Assembly (NCBI GenBank): GCA_048938025.1
Contig: JBHLMP010000037.1
Location: 16,548 to 37,727 of the forward strand
Direction of reading: 5' to 3'
DNA: 21,180 nt
DNA from: Promethearchaeota archaeon
GTDB taxonomy: Archaea > Asgardarchaeota > Lokiarchaeia > Sigyniarchaeales > SOKP01
Part shown: positions 16,851-21,180 of the stretch, in pieces
How positions within the stretch are numbered: position 1 is the stretch's first letter
Layout of the letters: each line of letters begins with the position of its first letter
Translations under genes and position numbers: made by a program
Notes under the pieces: model-generated
Database searches by the model: none
What the model was told of the DNA's origin: nothing
What the model saw: the letters and a program-made list of their open reading frames with translations, nothing else

Positions 16851-18275
16851 TTAAGAATTAAACCTATTTTCCTCTAAGATTTTTGCTCGTTGAGTTAAAA
16901 TATTCTTGATATTTTCTCTATCACTTGGAAACCATTTCATTGCAAGAATCCATAGTATTACTCCAGGTATAATACATAAACATATAATCAAAACAGTTAT
17001 TTGATAATTTGTATTCGTAGATGCTAGTAAGATTCCACATAATAGTGGTCCAATGCCTCTTCCAAATTGCTCTAGAAATTGATTCCAAGAAACTATTTGC
17101 CCCTGTGCTTCTGGTAAGTTAATTTGTTGAATTACTGGACTCTGGTTAACAATATATAGTGAAAAAATACTGCGTGAGGTAAAGAATAAAGCACCCATAA
17201 TCCACATTGTGGGCATTCTCATAATATAAGCAATATTTTCACCCTGCTTTGGTGTCAATGGAACCCAAGGTAGGAAAAAGAAGAGAGCAAAAGTTATTAA
17301 ACCTCCTATTATAGCAATTACGATAATTGGTAATCTTCTTACTGGATCCTTTAGAGCAATCCTGTCACTAACCCTAGATAAGAATATTTGCCCTACCAAC
17401 CCACCTGTTAAACCAAAAACAATCATAAATACGCCTATTGAAAATGGCGCTAAGTTATATGGTGGATTCTGAACATAATTTAAAATTAAAAAATTAAGGC
17501 TACTCATAAGGATACATGTAAAAATACCTTCAATAAGGGCAACACTATTCGTTTTACTAAGCATAGTTTTCCTCATCATTTTCCGATCAATTTGAAAATC
17601 ATACTCTATCGAATCATCTTGTAGGATGTGATATAATTCTTCTTCTTGAGCTCCTCTTTTTGGTTCTTCATTATGAATAGCAAAAATTAAACCTCCAAGA
17701 AGTATAAGTAATCCAATGCCCCAGAAAAAAAACCTCCAAAGACCAATTTGGACTAAAAATGTTGCTATTAACCAACCGAATATATTAGTCGTATTGAGTA
17801 CTATTTGATATACTCCAAAAAACCGAGAACGATGATCTTTAGGAACAACATCATTAGATAATGAATTTATCGCTGGCCATGAACCTCCTGCAAAAAAACC
17901 AAAAATAGCTATTAAAATAAAAAAGTACCACCAAGTATTAACTTCACCTCCTTTAATAGCAAAACCCAACATAAACATTGAGATCCCCCTAAAGAGAGAT
18001 ATTATAATTATAATTTTCTTTCGAGAGTGTTTATCAATAAGTCGCCCAAAATACAGTCCAGCAAAAGATGAGCTCCATGCTAAGCTTGTATAAAGTAGAC
18101 CCATTTCAAAAGCATGATTGTAAGCAGAGTCATTTGGCCAAATAATTAAAGCAAGGGGAACTACAAGTACAATCATAGCTCCATATGCTATGCTTTGAAA
18201 CCCATTTAATAAATATAATGGCCAAAAAATTTTATTGAAAGATTTTTCAGAATTTACATTATTATTATTAGCCAT
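16851..18275 (-). CDS. MFS transporter
   Basis: About 12 hydrophobic helices; motif A GRLIDKHSRK; RSRFFG; WRFFF; EEPKRG after TM6; SRVSDR in the second half. Confidence 0.9.
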   Translation of the reverse strand: MANNNNVNSEKSFNKIFWPLYLLNGFQSIAYGAMIVLVVPLALIIWPNDSAYNHAFEMGLLYTSLAWSSSFAGLYFGRLIDKHSRKKIIIIISLFRGISMFMLGFAIKGGEVNTWWYFFILIAIFGFFAGGSWPAINSLSNDVVPKDHRSRFFGVYQIVLNTTNIFGWLIATFLVQIGLWRFFFWGIGLLILLGGLIFAIHNEEPKRGAQEEELYHILQDDSIEYDFQIDRKMMRKTMLSKTNSVALIEGIFTCILMSSLNFLILNYVQNPPYNLAPFSIGVFMIVFGLTGGLVGQIFLSRVSDRIALKDPVRRLPIIVIAIIGGLITFALFFFLPWVPLTPKQGENIAYIMRMPTMWIMGALFFTSRSIFSLYIVNQSPVIQQINLPEAQGQIVSWNQFLEQFGRGIGPLLCGILLASTNTNYQITVLIICLCIIPGVILWILAMKWFPSDRENIKNILTQRAKILEENRFNS

Positions 18276-18411
18276 ATTTGCAAACTAGCTATTCTATATT
18301 CTTAAGTTGTTTTGTAAAATGAGTTTTTAAATTTTAAGATAATGAAATTGAAGAATTACAAATTCTTAATTGAAAAAAAAAATAAAGTTATTTATTAGAT
18401 TTTATGAAAAT

Positions 18412-18924
18412 CTAACAACAGCCACCATGGTCATGGTTGTGACTATGATCGTGTCCACAACTACACATGCTTGGTGGATCAGGTTCACAATTGGTTTCAA
18501 CAATTTTAATTTTAAAATTTAAAACCTTACCTGCCATTGGATGATTTAAATCGATAGTAACATCATCTTCTTCAATGGACTTAATCGTAGCAAGCATTTG
18601 ACCCTGTGGTCCCATAACCATCAAGATCATACCTGGTTGTGGTTCGGGACCTTTGGGAAATTGATCTTTTGGAACTTTTTGGGTAAGTCCTTCCACGTAT
18701 TCACCATACGCTTCGGATGGTTCAAGCTTAATAGTATACTCTTCATTAAGTTCTTTACCGATAACAGAATCGTCGAATCCCTTAATTAATTGCCTTTCTC
18801 CTGCTTGAAATTTCAAAGGAAGACCATCATTATGTTTGGTACTGTCAAAAACTGTCCCATCATCAAAAGTCCCTATGTATTCAACTTTTATCCATTCTCC
18901 TTTTTTTACAGCCATTCTAATCAT
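18412..18924 (-). CDS. slyD: FKBP-type peptidyl-prolyl isomerase with His/Cys-rich tail (SlyD-like)
   Basis: VEYIGTFDDGTVFDS, LIKGFD, PSEAYG, IDLNHPMAGKVLNF; tail CSCGHDHSHNHDHGGCC. The start may be ATG 18915. Confidence 0.9.
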   Translation of the reverse strand: MIRMAVKKGEWIKVEYIGTFDDGTVFDSTKHNDGLPLKFQAGERQLIKGFDDSVIGKELNEEYTIKLEPSEAYGEYVEGLTQKVPKDQFPKGPEPQPGMILMVMGPQGQMLATIKSIEEDDVTIDLNHPMAGKVLNFKIKIVETNCEPDPPSMCSCGHDHSHNHDHGGCC

Positions 18925-18995
18925 ATTTATAAATTATTAAGAAGATAATTGAATCATAATTTATTAGTAAATTGATTATATTTTATATATTATAC

Positions 18996-19020
18996 TTGAC
19001 TCAAGGCAGACTTGAGTCAA
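18996..19020. promoter_or_regulatory. Perfect inverted repeat TTGACTCAAG-N5-CTTGAGTCAA, putative operator
   Basis: 10-bp perfect arms, comparatively GC-rich, in an otherwise very AT-rich region between divergent genes. Confidence 0.6.
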
Positions 19021-19166
19021 TACATGAAATAATCAAATATTAAAGGGATTAAATGTCTAAATTCACTTTTTATTCTTACTTCTGTAAAAGTTCAATTAAA
19101 TATTCTATTTATTTTTTGAATAATTAGATTCTATAAATGAAATTATTTTTAAGGTGAAAAAGGAAA

Positions 19167-19478
19167 ATGTCAAAAATAAAAATTACTGTAGTAAAACAAT
19201 TTACTCCAGAAGATGTGCTTGGACATGAATTCATACGAGCTGATGGGAGCCCAATTAGGAAGTGTGGTATTAAAGAAGGTATGGAATTTATAGTGGACGA
19301 AACAGGTGACATGCCTGAAGGATTCTGTCATCATGCATGGTACGGATTATACAAGAATGTGTCAATTTTACAATGTGGTGGTGGATTTCCCACATGGACT
19401 GGAGAGAATATGATTTATACCGCGTGTCCAGATGGTATTCGACCTGTATGTTTCAAATTGGAACGAATTACTGATTAA
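19167..19478 (+). CDS. TIGR04076-family Cys-rich small protein
   Basis: KIKITVVK, C..KEGMEF, PEGFC..AW..LY, CPDGIRPVCFKLER. Confidence 0.8.
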   Translation: MSKIKITVVKQFTPEDVLGHEFIRADGSPIRKCGIKEGMEFIVDETGDMPEGFCHHAWYGLYKNVSILQCGGGFPTWTGENMIYTACPDGIRPVCFKLERITD

Positions 19479-19574
19479 ACCATTTTTTTTATTCTCGGAG
19501 ATAAAATTTGCTAATGAATTAATACGAGTAAAAATTTAATTTGTTAACAAGGTCTGTTTTAAGGTATTGATTTC

Positions 19575-20252
19575 ATGGTTTTAAAAGATTGGAAATCATG
19601 GTCTTTTCTTTTTATAATGAGTAGTAGTCTCCAATTTATCATTTTAACGATCATCGCCATGTTCTATTATAAAGGAGGAACTTATATCGATCAAACAACT
19701 TCAGGATATTTATTATGGAATAACTTTTTTAGTGATTTAGGTCGAACTATCGCCCATTCTGGATTAAATAACAGAACTTCATTCATCATTTTTACCATAA
19801 CACTTTTCATCTGGGGTTTATCTCATATTCCATTCTATAGTGCATTATCCTCTAATTTTAGAGAAAATAAAAAACAAAAACAGCTTAGTGAGGTAGGATC
19901 TATTTTAGGTATTCTTACAGGAATTTCATATATGGGGATTGCTCTTACACCATCAGATATATTAAATGATGCTCATAATATTTTTGTTCTTATCGCATTT
20001 TCATCTATATTTTTTAGTATAATTATATATTCTATCGTATTTTATCATAATCAACTCCTTCCTAGCTTTTATTCATATATTTTAATAATCTCAGCATTTA
20101 TTTTAGCAATTTACTACACATTTCTTTTTCTCGTGCCAGATAATACGACACCAACAGGTTTATTTATTCATGTAGTAGGACAAAAAATAGCAGTATACAC
20201 TTTATTAATGTCTGGTTTTATTCAAGGCTATGGAGCATGGAAAAAATTATAG
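19575..20252 (+). CDS. Multi-pass membrane protein, DUF998-like
   Basis: Five to six hydrophobic helices; AMFYYKGGT...GY..WNNFFSDLGRT; H after P.D (PSDILNDAH); QK before the last helix. Confidence 0.65.
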   Translation: MVLKDWKSWSFLFIMSSSLQFIILTIIAMFYYKGGTYIDQTTSGYLLWNNFFSDLGRTIAHSGLNNRTSFIIFTITLFIWGLSHIPFYSALSSNFRENKKQKQLSEVGSILGILTGISYMGIALTPSDILNDAHNIFVLIAFSSIFFSIIIYSIVFYHNQLLPSFYSYILIISAFILAIYYTFLFLVPDNTTPTGLFIHVVGQKIAVYTLLMSGFIQGYGAWKKL

Positions 20253-20401
20253 GGAGATAATACTCCTCATACTTCTATTATTATAATAAATTTTTTATAC
20301 TATAGATGAATATTTGAATAAATAATTCGATAACAAAACATTTTATTTTATTAAAATTTTCAACCATTTTTAATAAACCAATAACCTAAAAGTACAATAT
20401 C

Positions 20402-21180
20402 ATGAATAACGGGAATGAATTATTAAATAAACTTAGAACAGGGTCTCTTCGTGGGATAATTTTTGACTTTGATGGTACTTTACTTGATATTAAAGAGCCC
20501 CTTGAAAAGTCCATCGAGGAAGTATTTGCTGAATATAAGGTTAATACTGATATGGATATTACTTTTCAAGAAATAGGCGCATTATTAGAAACTATTCAAG
20601 GGTACCCACTTCCTAAAGTCTTATTGGATTCATTTGAAATATTTAAACACATTACTGCACTTGAAGGTATAACCTATTTTAAGCAATTGAGAATAGCAAT
20701 CAAAACTTTTTCAAAATATTTAGAATATTCTAAAGACGCTACCTTATATCCGGGAGTAAAACCTATATTGAAAAAATTTAAAAAATTTAGTGATCTTTAT
20801 ATTGTATCCCATAACAAAACAGAAACTATCATGAATCATTTGGAGAAAGAAAAAATAGATAAATTCTTTAAAGGCGTGTATGGGAGCGATAAAATTCCCG
20901 TACAAAAACCAGATCCAATGGCACTTCAGCCACCAATTGAAAATTATGAAACACGAAAAAGAAATGAATTTTTAATGATTGGCGATATGCCATCAGATAT
21001 TATTGCTGGTCGAGAAGCTGGTTTTTGGACTATTGGGATTTCAAGTGGAGTAAGCAAAAAAGAAATTTTGGCTGAACAAAGACCAGATTTATTAATTGAT
21101 TCATTAGATGATTTATTAAAATTAGTTGAGAAAAAAAATATATCAGAATCGAATATTAAAACATCTATAAGGATAAAATC
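20402..21180 (+). CDS. HAD-family hydrolase (phosphoglycolate phosphatase-like), 3' end beyond the window; missing from the ORF track
   Basis: Manual translation from ATG 20402: IIFDFDGTLLD (motif I), LYPGV, IVSHN (II), KPDP (III), MIGDMPSDIIAGREAG (IV); no stop before 21180. Confidence 0.92.
   Translation, partial: MNNGNELLNKLRTGSLRGIIFDFDGTLLDIKEPLEKSIEEVFAEYKVNTDMDITFQEIGALLETIQGYPLPKVLLDSFEIFKHITALEGITYFKQLRIAIKTFSKYLEYSKDATLYPGVKPILKKFKKFSDLYIVSHNKTETIMNHLEKEKIDKFFKGVYGSDKIPVQKPDPMALQPPIENYETRKRNEFLMIGDMPSDIIAGREAGFWTIGISSGVSKKEILAEQRPDLLIDSLDDLLKLVEKKNISESNIKTSIRIK

Noticed and set aside
18598-18789. 63-aa + strand ORF
   Set aside because: Antisense shadow inside slyD.
19124-19312. 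62-aa - strand ORF
   Set aside because: Antisense to the TIGR04076 gene.
1-21180. tRNA, rRNA or other structured RNA genes
   Set aside because: No GC-rich non-coding island or cloverleaf-like sequence was seen; a covariance-model search was not possible.

Overview
Very AT-rich archaeal chromosomal DNA, most consistent with an Asgard archaeon (Lokiarchaeia-like). This inference rests on two Rab-like small GTPases without prenylation motifs, archaeal BRE/TATA promoters, oligo-T terminators and a DUF1947-PUA protein. The left 4.6 kb is the most unusual part: a tandem array of four intact ~175-aa four-helix membrane proteins with claudin/PMP22-like layout, conserved helices and hypervariable outer loops, plus a decayed fifth copy. 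The array abuts a convergent Rab-like GTPase whose last ~30 codons are duplicated as fossils at two cassette junctions, each breaking at the same point next to the following cassette's promoter. The rest of the window holds a 2H phosphoesterase, an arylsulfotransferase-like beta-propeller, a possible RAB5IF/EMC6-like protein, a PUA protein, three hypothetical proteins, tryptophanase, a GOLPH3/GPP34-like protein behind a second Rab-like GTPase, an acyl-CoA ligase, a HypD-type glycyl radical enzyme with no adjacent activase, an MFS transporter, SlyD, a TIGR04076 protein, a DUF998-like protein and a HAD hydrolase that runs off the window. All family calls were made by eye from motifs; no searches were run.
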